A DNA stretch of 64,000 nt from an uncultured bacterium (GCA_902799955.1 CADCCQ010000027.1:7240-71239), one strand, 5' to 3'. Counted from the first letter of the stretch, positions 26,025 through 36,589 are shown. Numbers and translations: made by a program. The notes: generated by a model not told the origin, from the sequence alone.

Positions 26025-26145
26025 GGCGCATCTGTATAATTCATCACCACATCCTCTAATGATGGGAAACAACTTGTCTGAAACAACTTCCCTTTGCGGC
26101 GGGCAACCGCCCGCCGATTCAAGAACGCCGCGTAGTTACGCGGCG
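26025..26145 (+). repeat. ~120-bp two-hairpin dispersed element, copy 2
   Basis: TATAAT 26035-40; GAAACAACT at 26066 and 26080; hairpins 26097-26116 and 26126-26145. Confidence 0.8.
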
Positions 26146-26160
26146 GATGAAAATGCAGAT

Positions 26161-26260
26161 GCGTCCTGACGAAGAGGGATGGTCCACGGAAGCCGTGACA
26201 ACACGATTTTGTTGTGGTAAAATATTCGTAGGTGCGCGTCATGACGAAGATGCAAGATGC
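26161..26260 (+). repeat. 75-bp promoter-bearing repeat units upstream of rph
   Basis: GCGTC(C/A)TGACGAAGA at 26161 and 26236 (75 apart); TGTGGTAAAAT at 26213-23; partial copy at 25985-26021. Confidence 0.75.
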
Positions 26261-26315
26261 ATGGGAGTTGAGGCGGCAATCATTTGCGTCGCGGGAGACT
26301 GCAGGAGAAACTAAG

Positions 26316-27026
26316 ATGAGCAAACAGGCAAAACGCAAAAGCGACCAGCTGCGTCCGATTGAGTTCGTGCGCAGCTTCACGAAGCACGCGGCGGGAAGCG
26401 TGCTTGTGAAATGGGGCGACACGTGGGTCCTCTGCACGGCGAGCGTGGAGGACAAGGTGCCGCCGTTCCTGAAGGACACCGGCCGGGGCTGGGTGACGGC
26501 GGAGTATTCGATGCTTCCGTCGTCGACGGGCGGCGGACGCAAGGAGCGCGACATCAAGAAGCTGCGGCTTGACGCCCGCTCGACGGAGATCCAGCGGCTG
26601 ATCGGGCGCTCGCTCCGCGCGGCGGTCGACATGTCGAAGCTCGGCGAACGCCAGATCACGGTCGACTGCGACGTTCTGCAGGCGGACGGCGGGACGCGGT
26701 GCGCGTCGATAACGGGCGGCATGGTCGCGCTCGAGGACGCGATTGCGAAGCTCGTGGCCGACGGGACTCTCGCCGAGAGCCCGATCGTCCATCGCGTCGC
26801 GGCGGTTTCCGTCGGCGTGTGCGACGGCGTCCCGACGCTCGACCTCGACTATGCGCACGACTCGACGGCGGAGGTCGACCTGAACGTCGTGATGACCGAC
26901 GACGGACGCTACGTCGAGCTCCAGGGCACGGCGGAACACAAGCCGTTCACGGAGGAGTCGCTGGACGCCCTGCGCGCGCTTGCCCGCAAGGGCCTCAAGA
27001 GGATATTCAGGGCAATGGGGAAGTGA
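26316..27026 (+). CDS. rph: ribonuclease PH
   Basis: [48 protein letters not shown]; AGGAG RBS before ATG 26316. Confidence 0.96.
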   Translation: MSKQAKRKSDQLRPIEFVRSFTKHAAGSVLVKWGDTWVLCTASVEDKVPPFLKDTGRGWVTAEYSMLPSSTGGGRKERDIKKLRLDARSTEIQRLIGRSLRAAVDMSKLGERQITVDCDVLQADGGTRCASITGGMVALEDAIAKLVADGTLAESPIVHRVAAVSVGVCDGVPTLDLDYAHDSTAEVDLNVVMTDDGRYVELQGTAEHKPFTEESLDALRALARKGLKRIFRAMGK

Positions 27027-27102
27027 CGTCGGAAAGGGCGGGCACGCAGGGAGGAAGGCGGACGTCCGAGAAGTGGCCAAGCCAACAGGAGGGACGGCGA
27101 AA

Positions 27103-29709
27103 ATGAAGTGCATTGTGCTTTGCGGGATTGCGTGCGCGGCGATCGCGGCCGGCGCGGCGACGGTGACGGAGACGACGCTGGAGATGCCGACGTATCCGTT
27201 TTCCGACCCGGACCCCGTGCCGGCGACGTCCGTCTCGCGCTATCCGTACTTCTTCTTCCACGGGACGAGCGCGAAGAGCGCGCCGCGGAAATGGAAGGCC
27301 GTGGTCCTCGAGAGCGACAGGATGAAGGTGACTATACTCCCCGAGATCGGGGGGAAGATATGGGGCGCGGTCGACAAGGTGACCGGGCGCGAGTTCATCT
27401 ACTTCAACCACGCCGTCAAGTTCCGGAACATCGCGCAGCGCGGCCCGTGGTGCTCCGGGGGAATAGAGCTGAACTTCGGAATATACGGCCATTCGCCCTC
27501 GACGGCCACGCCCGTATCGTACGCCTTCTATGTGCACACCAACGGGGACGGCGCCGTCAGCTGCTTCCTCTCCGACACGGAGCTCGTCTGCCGCACGACG
27601 TGGCAGGTGGAGGTGCGCCTCGAGGACGGCAAGGACTACTTCACCACGCGCACGACGTGGTTCAACGGCTCCGGCTTCTTCACTCCGTTCTACCACTGGA
27701 TGAACGCCGGATACTCCGTGCGCGGCAATCCGGAGTTCTTCTTCCCAGGCGCGTCGTACATAGGCCACGCCGGCGACTCGCACGCCTGGCCTGTTGACGA
27801 GAAGGGGCGCAACCTCGCCAGGTACGCGGAGAACGCCTTCGGGCGCAACAAGTCGTACCATGTCCTTGACGGCGACAGTAGTTTCTATGGGATCTGGTGG
27901 CCGGAGGCGGGCGTCGGCTCGTACCACGAAACGCCAGTCGGGCAGAAGTACGGGCGCAAGATATGGCTGTGGGCGCTCTCCCGCGAGGGCGGCATCTGGG
28001 AGGACCTGCTCACAGACAGCGACGGGCAGTACGCCGAGCTCCAGAGCGGGCTCTTCTTCAACCAGCCCGCCGACACGCTGAAGACGCCGTTCAAACACAC
28101 CGCGTTCGCGCCCGGCGCGACGGAGACGTTCGAGGAGAAATGGGGCGTCGCGCGCAGCCGCGCCGAGCTTGAGAGCCGCATGAACCCGACGAACTTCGTC
28201 AGGCGTCCGCAGACGATGCCGGCGGATTTCGACTGGACGAGCGCGTACGGACTCTACCTGAAGGGCCGGCAGTTCATCCGCCGCCGCATGGACCGCGACG
28301 GGGAGAAGGCGCTCAAGGAGTGCCTCGCGAAGGAGCCGTACTACGTACCCGCCCTTGAAGAGCTGGCGTCCCTTTTGGTGAGGCGCGGCAAGTATGCCGA
28401 GGCGCACGACTTCGCGCAGAGGGCGCTCGCCGTAGACACCTACGCGCCGGGGGCGAACTACGCGGACGGTCAGGCGTTCTTCGCGGAGGGGGACATGCGC
28501 TCGGCGAAGGAGCGGCTCGGGATGGCCGCGCGCTCGCCGGAGCTTCGGTCCGCCGCGCTCGTCCTCGTCGCGAAGGCGGAGCTGCGCGAGGGGAACTGGG
28601 ATGCTGCTGCCGATCTCGCCGGGAGGGCGTTCGGCGCGAACGCGGGCAACCTCGACGCCAGGCTCGTCTGGGTGGTCGCCGCGCGCAAGAAGGGCGGGCG
28701 TGCAAATTCCGCCGTGTTCTCGGCGAAGTGGATACTCGACAACGTCCCCTTGTTCCACGCGGCACGCTACGAGCTGAACCTCGCGGACCCGAAGTCGGAG
28801 CCGATGGAGAAGTACGTGCGCTGCGAGTTGCCGCAGGAGGTCTACCTGGAAATCGGCACGTGGTACGAGGATGCGGGGCTGCTTGAGGATGCGGTTGCGC
28901 TCTTCCGCAGGGCGTCCGCCGCGACTCCGGTCGGCGGCATACGCCTGGCGTTCGCCCTCCACCGCGCCGGTGACGCCGGCGCGGCGAAGGAGGCGCTTGA
29001 CGCGGCGGCGGCGATGCCGGTTGCGTTCGCGATGCCGTTCCGGCGCGAGTCCCTGCCGGCCCTGCGCTGGGCGGCGCAGACGCGCCCGGAGTGGAAGTTC
29101 AAGTATCTTTACGCGGTATGCCTCGCGGCAAACGCCTGGGACGCCGAGGCGGACGCGCTTCTCGCCGCCTGCGGCGACGACCCCGACGACGTTGTCTTCT
29201 ACCTCTACCGGGCGTCCAGGGAGAAGGGAACCGCGCGTCTGCGGGACCTCCGCCTCGCCGTGAAGCACGACGGAGGCGCCTCTTGGCGGCCTGGATACGC
29301 GCTGTACCGCCATTTCGCCGAGGCGGCGGACTGGGAGGGTGCGCTGAGGGAGATCGAGCCGTATGTCGCGAGGTTCCCGGACGCCAATCTCGTGAAGATT
29401 GCGTATGCGAACGCGCTTGCGAGGAGCGGACGCCACGAAAAGGCAGTCACGTACCTCAAGGGAATCACGATTCTGCCGTCGGAGAACGGGGACGACGCGC
29501 TTGCCGCGTGGGTGTACGCCTGGCGGGGCATTGCGCTTGACGCTCTGGCATGCGGGAACAAGGCGGTGGCGAAGAAGGCGGTGGAGAAGGCGCTTTCCTT
29601 CCCGGAGAACCTCGGGCGGGGCAAGCCCTACGATCCTCCCGGGCGCGGCACGCCTGAAAAGCCAGGCCTTCTCGCCGACTGGCCCGACTCTCTGATGGAG
29701 CTTTTGTGA
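27103..29709 (+). CDS. DUF5107-domain protein with TPR repeats, secreted
   Basis: signal peptide; PTYPFSDPDP, ILPEIGGKIW, GPWCSGGIELNF, TPR-like helices, PENLGRGKPY tail. Confidence 0.82.
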   Translation: MKCIVLCGIACAAIAAGAATVTETTLEMPTYPFSDPDPVPATSVSRYPYFFFHGTSAKSAPRKWKAVVLESDRMKVTILPEIGGKIWGAVDKVTGREFIYFNHAVKFRNIAQRGPWCSGGIELNFGIYGHSPSTATPVSYAFYVHTNGDGAVSCFLSDTELVCRTTWQVEVRLEDGKDYFTTRTTWFNGSGFFTPFYHWMNAGYSVRGNPEFFFPGASYIGHAGDSHAWPVDEKGRNLARYAENAFGRNKSYHVLDGDSSFYGIWWPEAGVGSYHETPVGQKYGRKIWLWALSREGGIWEDLLTDSDGQYAELQSGLFFNQPADTLKTPFKHTAFAPGATETFEEKWGVARSRAELESRMNPTNFVRRPQTMPADFDWTSAYGLYLKGRQFIRRRMDRDGEKALKECLAKEPYYVPALEELASLLVRRGKYAEAHDFAQRALAVDTYAPGANYADGQAFFAEGDMRSAKERLGMAARSPELRSAALVLVAKAELREGNWDAAADLAGRAFGANAGNLDARLVWVVAARKKGGRANSAVFSAKWILDNVPLFHAARYELNLADPKSEPMEKYVRCELPQEVYLEIGTWYEDAGLLEDAVALFRRASAATPVGGIRLAFALHRAGDAGAAKEALDAAAAMPVAFAMPFRRESLPALRWAAQTRPEWKFKYLYAVCLAANAWDAEADALLAACGDDPDDVVFYLYRASREKGTARLRDLRLAVKHDGGASWRPGYALYRHFAEAADWEGALREIEPYVARFPDANLVKIAYANALARSGRHEKAVTYLKGITILPSENGDDALAAWVYAWRGIALDALACGNKAVAKKAVEKALSFPENLGRGKPYDPPGRGTPEKPGLLADWPDSLMELL

Positions 29710-29710
29710 T

Positions 29711-29767
29711 TGTGGAATTATGGAATTGTGGAATTGCGGAATTATGGAATTACGGAATTTAGGGAAT
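29711..29767. repeat. octamer tandem repeat T(A/G)(T/C)GGAAT, about 7 units
   Basis: tgtggaat tatggaat tgtggaat tgcggaat tatggaat tacggaat ttagggaat. Confidence 0.9.
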
Positions 29768-29793
29768 GATCAACTTTCAACTTAGCGGCAAGC

Positions 29794-30038
29794 CTAGAAT
29801 TCTAGGAACCTAGTAGCCTAGAAATCTAGAATTCTAGTAATCTAGCGACTTAGTAACATAACGATCTAGTGATCTAGAAAGCTAGAAATCTAGAATTCTA
29901 GTAGCCTAGTAACCTAGCAACCCTAGCAACTCTAGACAACCTAGCAAATCTAGCAACTCAAGTGACTCTAGCAACCCTAGCCAATCTAGTCAACCTAGAA
30001 ACCTAGAAACCTAGAAGCCTAGAATTCTAGAAACCTAG
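29794..30038. repeat. CTAG-core tandem array (8-9 bp units)
   Basis: 27 CTAG counted by eye, separated by variable 4- or 5-nt spacers, plus 3 degenerate units. Confidence 0.95.
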
Positions 30039-30139
30039 AAAAGTCTAAGGCCAGGAGCCAAAAGCCGAAAACACAAGATTTTGCGATTTGTCATTTTTCC
30101 ACTAGCAATGCATACATATATATGGTATAATACTCAACT

Positions 30140-31699
30140 ATGACTGAAAAGACTAGACACATCACAAAGAGCGTATGTGTCGCCACACTGCTGGCGTCAC
30201 TTGCACTGCTTTTCCCCGGATGCCCCGGATGCCGCGACAAGGACGACAACCAGACAGGGGAGGATGAGGAAGAGGTTGTCATCACCCCCAGGCGAACTCC
30301 AAAGAACGTCGACGAGCGCAATTTCTCCCCGCTTTCACCGCGGTTCAAGCCTTCTGACGCGATTATCCGCGTCAACGGGCGCGACATAACAAAAGCTGAA
30401 TACGACCTTTTCTGTAACCTCCAGGGCCAGATATACTGCCTTAAGCGTAGCTATCCCCTGAAGGGGAAGCGCAACAAGGAGCTAGACCGCTATCTCAAGA
30501 ACCTCGCGACTAAGGCAATTCAGGCGCTCGTGCGGCGCGAGCAGATGCGTCAGGCGGCGGAGAAGGCGGGCGTTACGGCGTCGGAGGAGAACATCAAGCG
30601 GGTCAAAAGGGATTTCATGATGTCTATCGGGCGTCCAAAGGAAACCTTCGAGTCCGTCGTGAAGCGACTTGGTCCGAAGTTCGGCCCTGCGCTCGAGGCG
30701 TCGATTTTGTCGGACGCCCGGGACGTGACGTATCTTGAGAAGTGGTCTCCCACCAACCTGACTGTCGTCACTCAGGAGGAGATAGACAAACAGAAGGCGT
30801 TCAACATCGAGTTCAACAAGCAGATAGCCGAGATGAACGCCGCCAGCCACCGCAAGGCCGAGGAGGCGCGCAAGGAGATCATCGAGAAGAACCGTCTCTT
30901 CAAGGACGTGGCGAAGGAGCGCGCGGAGCTGTTCCCGGAGCAGGGTGAGCACTGGGATGTCGTGGAACTTGCCGAGCTGGAGGCGTCCGATCCGTTCGCG
31001 CAGTGGCTTGTCAAGGCTGAAGTCGGCGACATTTCGCAGCCGATTGACTTCGACGACGGTCTTGCAATCGTCGGGCTCGTCTCGAAGGTGAAGTCAGACA
31101 GCAGCATCCACCCCGGGGAGGAGGCCGACATGTACGAGGTGGTACGCGTTTTGTTCAAGGCGTACGTGCCGCGCGAAATGCTGGAGACGGACGAAGAGTG
31201 GCGCGAGGCCATACTTGAATACCGCAGGAACGAGGCGCGTCGGGCGCTTGGTGCGGAGCTGAGCGCCAATGTGCAGATAGAGTTCCCCAACGGCGAATCG
31301 ATTTTCAACGTGAAGCCCAAGAAAAAGCCTGGCAAGGCCAAGCCCGCTCCTAATAATAAAAAGAAAGGTCCTGCGGGCAAGAAGCCGATGAAGCCGACGT
31401 CGAAAAACGCAAAGTCTGCGCCAAATGCGGCGGCGAAACCAGCTGCGGCGCCTGCGCCAGCTCCTGCGCCTGCGCCGAAATCTGTTGCGACTCCTTCACC
31501 TTCACCTTCACCTTCACCTGCGGCGAAGCCCGTTGCGGCACCCACTCCTAAACCTTCACCTTCACCTGCTCCTGCGGCGAAGCCCGCCCCTGCTGCGGCA
31601 CCTGCGCCCGCTCCTGCGCCCGCCCCAAAGCCAGAGGTAGGGAAAATTTCCGAACCCAAACCTGTAGATTCCGCGGCGGCGCCGCGTTCTAGCAAGTAG
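30140..31699 (+). CDS. SurA/PrsA-like (parvulin-type) chaperone lipoprotein with Lys- and Pro/Ala-rich tail
   Basis: hydrophobic leader ending LLFPGC; IIRVNGRDIT, QAAEKAGVTAS, FKDVAKE, VGDISQPI; PA/PS repeats at the C-terminus. Confidence 0.72.
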   Translation: MTEKTRHITKSVCVATLLASLALLFPGCPGCRDKDDNQTGEDEEEVVITPRRTPKNVDERNFSPLSPRFKPSDAIIRVNGRDITKAEYDLFCNLQGQIYCLKRSYPLKGKRNKELDRYLKNLATKAIQALVRREQMRQAAEKAGVTASEENIKRVKRDFMMSIGRPKETFESVVKRLGPKFGPALEASILSDARDVTYLEKWSPTNLTVVTQEEIDKQKAFNIEFNKQIAEMNAASHRKAEEARKEIIEKNRLFKDVAKERAELFPEQGEHWDVVELAELEASDPFAQWLVKAEVGDISQPIDFDDGLAIVGLVSKVKSDSSIHPGEEADMYEVVRVLFKAYVPREMLETDEEWREAILEYRRNEARRALGAELSANVQIEFPNGESIFNVKPKKKPGKAKPAPNNKKKGPAGKKPMKPTSKNAKSAPNAAAKPAAAPAPAPAPAPKSVATPSPSPSPSPAAKPVAAPTPKPSPSPAPAAKPAPAAAPAPAPAPAPKPEVGKISEPKPVDSAAAPRSSK

Positions 31700-31791
31700 G
31701 GGGTCAGAAAGTAAAAAAAAGATGTAACCTAGGCAGAAGACAAGTGTAAACAGACTGAGACATGTACCAACCAAGAAGGAAAACTAAGAAC

Positions 31792-34700
31792 ATGAAGAAA
31801 GTAGTATACGCACTGGTTGCCGCGCTGGCGGCATCCGTCGTCCAGGCTGGCCCCACAGCCGACTTCCTGAAGAGTGTCCTTGGCAAGTCCGCGGCGGCGA
31901 CGCCCGGACGCTGGAACTCTGACTTCAATAAGTGCAAGAAATACTGCGAAGACAACGGAGTTCCGTTCGTTGCCGTGTGGTCCAACGGCGATGCGTGCGG
32001 ACACTGCACGGCGTTCGAGAAGGCATGCGAGAAGTCGTATTTCAAGACATGGCAGAAGAAGTCGGGGATCGTCTTCTGGTTTGGCTGCCCGAGTAACGGC
32101 TTCAAGATGGACGACGCGGTGGCCGCCTTCAAGTGGACGCGCGCGAACTCCGGCCGCCTGTCGTACACAAGCGGCGGACCGCAGACGGCGTTCCCGTTCG
32201 TGCGAATCTACTGGCCTAAGGGCAAGGTCGACGTCTCGACCGTCGGCGACACGATGCGCGGCGGATTCAGCAGCAACGCCGACACGAGCGCCAAGAAGAT
32301 CACGCAGTTCATCGACGGCAAGCTGAAGGTCGGCAAGGCCGGCGGCTGGACGCCTGCGGGCGAGACGCCCAAGTACCTCGGCGGCGTCTTCGACCCGAAG
32401 ATCGACAACGTCGAGGGCGCGCGCATGGAGATCGAGACCGGCCTCACGACGAACATCACCATCACTCTCGTGCGTACGAACGCCAACTCGGTCGCGCATA
32501 CGGCGACGAACTTCCTGCACGCCGCCGGCTCGACGCTCGCGGGCGGGCAGAAGGAGATATACTGGGCGTCCGGCGTAGACACGATAGGAATGGTGCTTCC
32601 CATTGCGGCCAACGGCACGGGCGACCTTGTGGTTACGCTCTACGACAAGGACAACTCGACTTTGAAGGACACGTTCACCGTCAAGCGCGTGGCAAAGAAG
32701 GAGAACTCTCCCGAGAACCCGCTCTTCGTCGGCAAGGAGAGCGAGGGCCTCGGATGGGGCCAGTGGTCGATGGACCTTGACAAGGTGACGAACAAGGTCG
32801 CCTCCGCGAACGGCGGCCTGACGTCCGGCAAGCCTCGCCTCGGCGTGTCGCCTGCGTACGCGGCGGTGCTCTTCGGCGGCGCGATGTGGTGCCCCGACTG
32901 CGCGAAGAGCGACGAGTACTTCTTCAAGTCCACCGAATTCAAGAACTGGGCCGTCGACAACAAGATCGCGCTTGGCGTCGTCGACATCCCGAACCTGCCC
33001 AACCAGACAAACTCGCCGTGCCTGCTGACGACGATCTCCGCGACGACTGGCGCCGGGAATTTCCACGGCTACAGCAAGAGAAGCGGCCTCGACTACCTGA
33101 CGAGGCACATGATCTCTGCCGACGAGGCGCAGGTCGTGTACGACCGCAATGTGCAGCTCGCCTCGCACAACGTGCTGAACGGCGGATGGAATCGCCCCGA
33201 GCGCGCCAACCAGAACCGCCCCGGCGTGCCGATTCTGCTGCTCCTGCGCGGCGACGGCTCCATCGCCGGACGCTTCACCGCCCTTGCCAGCGTGAGCCCG
33301 ACCAGCACGGCCAACAACGCCGCGTACATCAAGAGGCTCAACGAGCTCCTCGAGCAGGCGAAGGACGACACCGAGGAGTCCAGCGACGGCGTGAAGACCA
33401 CCACCGGCCTCGAGGCCAGCCGCCGCTCGGAGAACAACGGCTCCATCTCGTGCAACGACGAGCGCGACATATACAGGATCGGCGCGGACTCCGCCGGGCT
33501 GAGGCTCCAGATGTGCTTCACCGCGGCCGACGCCGTCAACAACGACGCCGTCGTGGACTGCAGTGTCATCAACTCGAACGGAACGATAATGACGACGGCG
33601 AAGGGCGTCATCGGAGAGGGAGTCACGCTCGACTACATCGTCCCCACGGAAGGCGAGTACTTCGTGCAGATCGCGCAGGGCTTCCACCAGGAGACCGTCA
33701 ACGGCCGACCGACGTCCGTCCTCGACTCGCAGCTCTTCAACGCTACGAACCCGGCGTCGTCCGTCGTGAAGTACACGCTCGAGACCGACTTCGTGCTGGT
33801 GCCCAGGGAGAGGCGCGACGAGCGCGAGGGCGTCGGCGACAACATGGTGAAGATGTACCTCGAGGAGGGCGAGGAGTATTTCTTCGACGGCACGGTCAAC
33901 GCCGCCTCGATGACCGACGTGTTCGAGGAGGCCGGCCTGAACGCGGCGTCTAAGCCGATCTACAGGTCGAAGGTGACGGGCGTCGTCGACGTCTCGATCC
34001 CCGGGACGACTGTCGTCTACCAGAAGTGGCGCTGCGGCGCCGTCGGGTTCGGCGCGAAGGCCGCGACCGTATCCGAGTCCACCAAGCAGTTCGACATCCA
34101 AGTCGTCAGGACCGGCGGCGTCTCCGGCACGGCCGAGTACAAGGTCCAGTACGTCGGCGCGTTCAGGAACGGCAGCCCCTGCGACTTCGACAGGGACACG
34201 CTCCTGAAGGCTGAGTGGGACCTCGACGCGGGCACGGTCCTCTCGTGGGGCGACGGCGAGGGTGACGTCAAGACGGTCACGGTAACGGTTGTCGACAACC
34301 AGTTCGCCGACGGTACGGTCTCGTACCGCTTCGTCGGCACGACGGTCGGCGGTGACGCCACCGCGGACGAGGAGATGAAGAACTTCTCGCTGAACGTGAA
34401 GGACAACGACCGCAAGGTGCCGGGCGTGCTGGCGATCGCGGACAAAACGCCGAAGTTCTCGAAGACGATGACGATCATGGCAAAAGAGAACACGTCGGTC
34501 AGCCTGTTCGTGAAGCGCGAGGGCGGCGCCGACGGCGATTTCTCGGCGAAGCTGAAGACGAGTGCGGGTCAGTTCGAGGGCGGCGTCACCGAGACGACCC
34601 ACGACTGGGGCTCGCGCGACGACAGCCCGTGGGAGGTGGAGTTGACGCTTCCCAGCCGCGCCACCGCGAAGAGCGTGACGGTCGACCTCTCCCCGGCGAC

Positions 34701-36543
34701 GTCCGCCACCAAGGTGAAGACAGCCGCCAAGAGGCTCACGATCACGGTCCTCCCCGGAACGGTCCCGGAGTTCGTGAACAGTGGCGCGAACGTCGACGCG
34801 TTCTGCAACGTCACGCTCTCCACGGAGGTCGCCAGGGCCAGGACCGGGACCTATTCGAACCCGGCCAACCTGAAGTACAAGAAGGTGTCCGGCGCGCTGC
34901 CCGCGGGGCTCTCCGCCGTCGCGGACGAGGGCAACCCCGGCAAGCTGTACGTCGTCGGCACGCCCACGAAGAAGGGGACGTACACCGCCGTCTACAGGAT
35001 ATTCGACGGCGACGTGGGCGGCACCACGGTCTCCGTCACGGTCGCCGTCGGCGACCCGACGAAGGACACGTTCTACGCGGCGGACGCCGACCTCGACACG
35101 CCGCGCGCGGTCGTCCCGAACCCCGCGATGTCCGCCGGGAAGACGTACTACGACATCATGGTCAAGGACGGCGGGCACCTGATGGGCCTCGTCACCCTCT
35201 CCCTGCCCGCGAACGGCAAGGCGAGCGCCAAGTACCGCTCGGCGAACGGAACGGTCTCGCTCTCGGCCAAGAGCTGGTACGAGTTCGACCCGGAGACGGG
35301 CATCGCCGAGGCGTACCTCAAGGGCACGGGCGCGGCGGCCGACTACAGGCTGTATGCGAAGGTCAAGCCCGACGGGACGTTCGCCATCCTCGAGCTCACA
35401 GACCCGGAGGCCGGCAAGACCTACTCCGACCTCGAGGCCTTTGGCGGGTGGACCAAGGCCAGGCCCGCGACGGACTACAAGGGCTACTACACCGTCAGCC
35501 TCCCGGGCGTGGGCTCGGCCGGCCCGAACAACGAGACGCAGATCATAGACGGCGACCCGATCGCGCTTGGTGACGGCTACATGACGCTGAAGATGGACAC
35601 CGCCGCGGCGATGAACCAGGGCAAGTTCGCGTACGCGGGCCTGCTGCCGAACGGCAAGGCGGTCTCCGGCTCGGCGATCCTGACGCCTCTCTACAGCGGC
35701 GCCGCGACGAACGAGACGCACACGTACTGGGGCGTGGTTCCGTTCGTGAACGTCTCCGACACCGACGTCTTCACCGGCGCGGTGAAGATCCGCCCGAGGA
35801 CGGCGTTCGCGGGCGTCGAGGACGGCGCGACCAAGGACGGCGCCTACTACACCGGGTGCCGCGAAGGCGAGTACTGCGGCTACGACATCATCCGCAGGTC
35901 CGTCTACCAGTACGAGGCCGCCAAGCCGCTCTGGCAGCACTCTGAGCTGAACTACGACCCCGCGGACGAGGACAAGGTCTGCTACGACGTCGAGCTCGAC
36001 GCGTTCGGCACGTACTACAACGCGAAGGAGAACTTCAAGTCGGTGTTCGACAACTCGCTGCAGGCTAACGTGTTCTTCCATGTACTTGGTGGCGGAACCT
36101 GGGGGCTCGTGGACACCAAGTACGGCGACTTCGCCGGATGGGATCCCACGAAGCTCGGGGTGAAGGTCGCGACGACCGTGGACAAGAAGGGCGTCGTGAC
36201 GGCGAACGCGATCACGCTGGTGAACGCCACCAACCCGCGCGCGCTCACGTTCTCGTTCGCGTCCGCGACGGGCATCGTCACCGGCAAGTTCAAGCTCCCG
36301 ATGGAGTTCGGCGACGTGACGGTGAACTACAAGGCGATAGTCCTGCCGGGCTTCGGCAACAGCGGCTGCGACTGCGGGCTCGACTTCTCCGACGCGAAGA
36401 ACCGTCCGTTCATATCCGGCACGGCGTGGTTCGACGACGACGGCTCGTTCGACTACACCTACGGCCCCAAGGCCAACAAGCAGAAGATGCTGAAGGTCAG
36501 GAGGTCGTGCCCGGTCTCCGTCGGAACGGAGGCCGGCAAGTGA
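31792..36543 (+). CDS. giant secreted protein: two thioredoxin-like CxxC domains, Calx-beta-like and Ig-like domains, PVC-type C-terminal domain
   Basis: signal peptide; VAVWSNGDACGHC and FGGAMWCPDC; VVRTGGVSG..LSWGDGEGDVKTVTV; SGALPAGL; start at ATG 31792 (track 31762). Confidence 0.75.
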   Translation: MKKVVYALVAALAASVVQAGPTADFLKSVLGKSAAATPGRWNSDFNKCKKYCEDNGVPFVAVWSNGDACGHCTAFEKACEKSYFKTWQKKSGIVFWFGCPSNGFKMDDAVAAFKWTRANSGRLSYTSGGPQTAFPFVRIYWPKGKVDVSTVGDTMRGGFSSNADTSAKKITQFIDGKLKVGKAGGWTPAGETPKYLGGVFDPKIDNVEGARMEIETGLTTNITITLVRTNANSVAHTATNFLHAAGSTLAGGQKEIYWASGVDTIGMVLPIAANGTGDLVVTLYDKDNSTLKDTFTVKRVAKKENSPENPLFVGKESEGLGWGQWSMDLDKVTNKVASANGGLTSGKPRLGVSPAYAAVLFGGAMWCPDCAKSDEYFFKSTEFKNWAVDNKIALGVVDIPNLPNQTNSPCLLTTISATTGAGNFHGYSKRSGLDYLTRHMISADEAQVVYDRNVQLASHNVLNGGWNRPERANQNRPGVPILLLLRGDGSIAGRFTALASVSPTSTANNAAYIKRLNELLEQAKDDTEESSDGVKTTTGLEASRRSENNGSISCNDERDIYRIGADSAGLRLQMCFTAADAVNNDAVVDCSVINSNGTIMTTAKGVIGEGVTLDYIVPTEGEYFVQIAQGFHQETVNGRPTSVLDSQLFNATNPASSVVKYTLETDFVLVPRERRDEREGVGDNMVKMYLEEGEEYFFDGTVNAASMTDVFEEAGLNAASKPIYRSKVTGVVDVSIPGTTVVYQKWRCGAVGFGAKAATVSESTKQFDIQVVRTGGVSGTAEYKVQYVGAFRNGSPCDFDRDTLLKAEWDLDAGTVLSWGDGEGDVKTVTVTVVDNQFADGTVSYRFVGTTVGGDATADEEMKNFSLNVKDNDRKVPGVLAIADKTPKFSKTMTIMAKENTSVSLFVKREGGADGDFSAKLKTSAGQFEGGVTETTHDWGSRDDSPWEVELTLPSRATAKSVTVDLSPATSATKVKTAAKRLTITVLPGTVPEFVNSGANVDAFCNVTLSTEVARARTGTYSNPANLKYKKVSGALPAGLSAVADEGNPGKLYVVGTPTKKGTYTAVYRIFDGDVGGTTVSVTVAVGDPTKDTFYAADADLDTPRAVVPNPAMSAGKTYYDIMVKDGGHLMGLVTLSLPANGKASAKYRSANGTVSLSAKSWYEFDPETGIAEAYLKGTGAAADYRLYAKVKPDGTFAILELTDPEAGKTYSDLEAFGGWTKARPATDYKGYYTVSLPGVGSAGPNNETQIIDGDPIALGDGYMTLKMDTAAAMNQGKFAYAGLLPNGKAVSGSAILTPLYSGAATNETHTYWGVVPFVNVSDTDVFTGAVKIRPRTAFAGVEDGATKDGAYYTGCREGEYCGYDIIRRSVYQYEAAKPLWQHSELNYDPADEDKVCYDVELDAFGTYYNAKENFKSVFDNSLQANVFFHVLGGGTWGLVDTKYGDFAGWDPTKLGVKVATTVDKKGVVTANAITLVNATNPRALTFSFASATGIVTGKFKLPMEFGDVTVNYKAIVLPGFGNSGCDCGLDFSDAKNRPFISGTAWFDDDGSFDYTYGPKANKQKMLKVRRSCPVSVGTEAGK

Positions 36544-36589
36544 CCGGCGGCAGAGGATTGACAGAAGGAGCGATCTAACAGAAAGGCAC

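Noticed and set aside
31430-31630. CCTTCA and GCGCCT DNA repeats as a separate element
   Set aside because: Explained by the Pro/Ala/Ser-rich coding tail of the foldase
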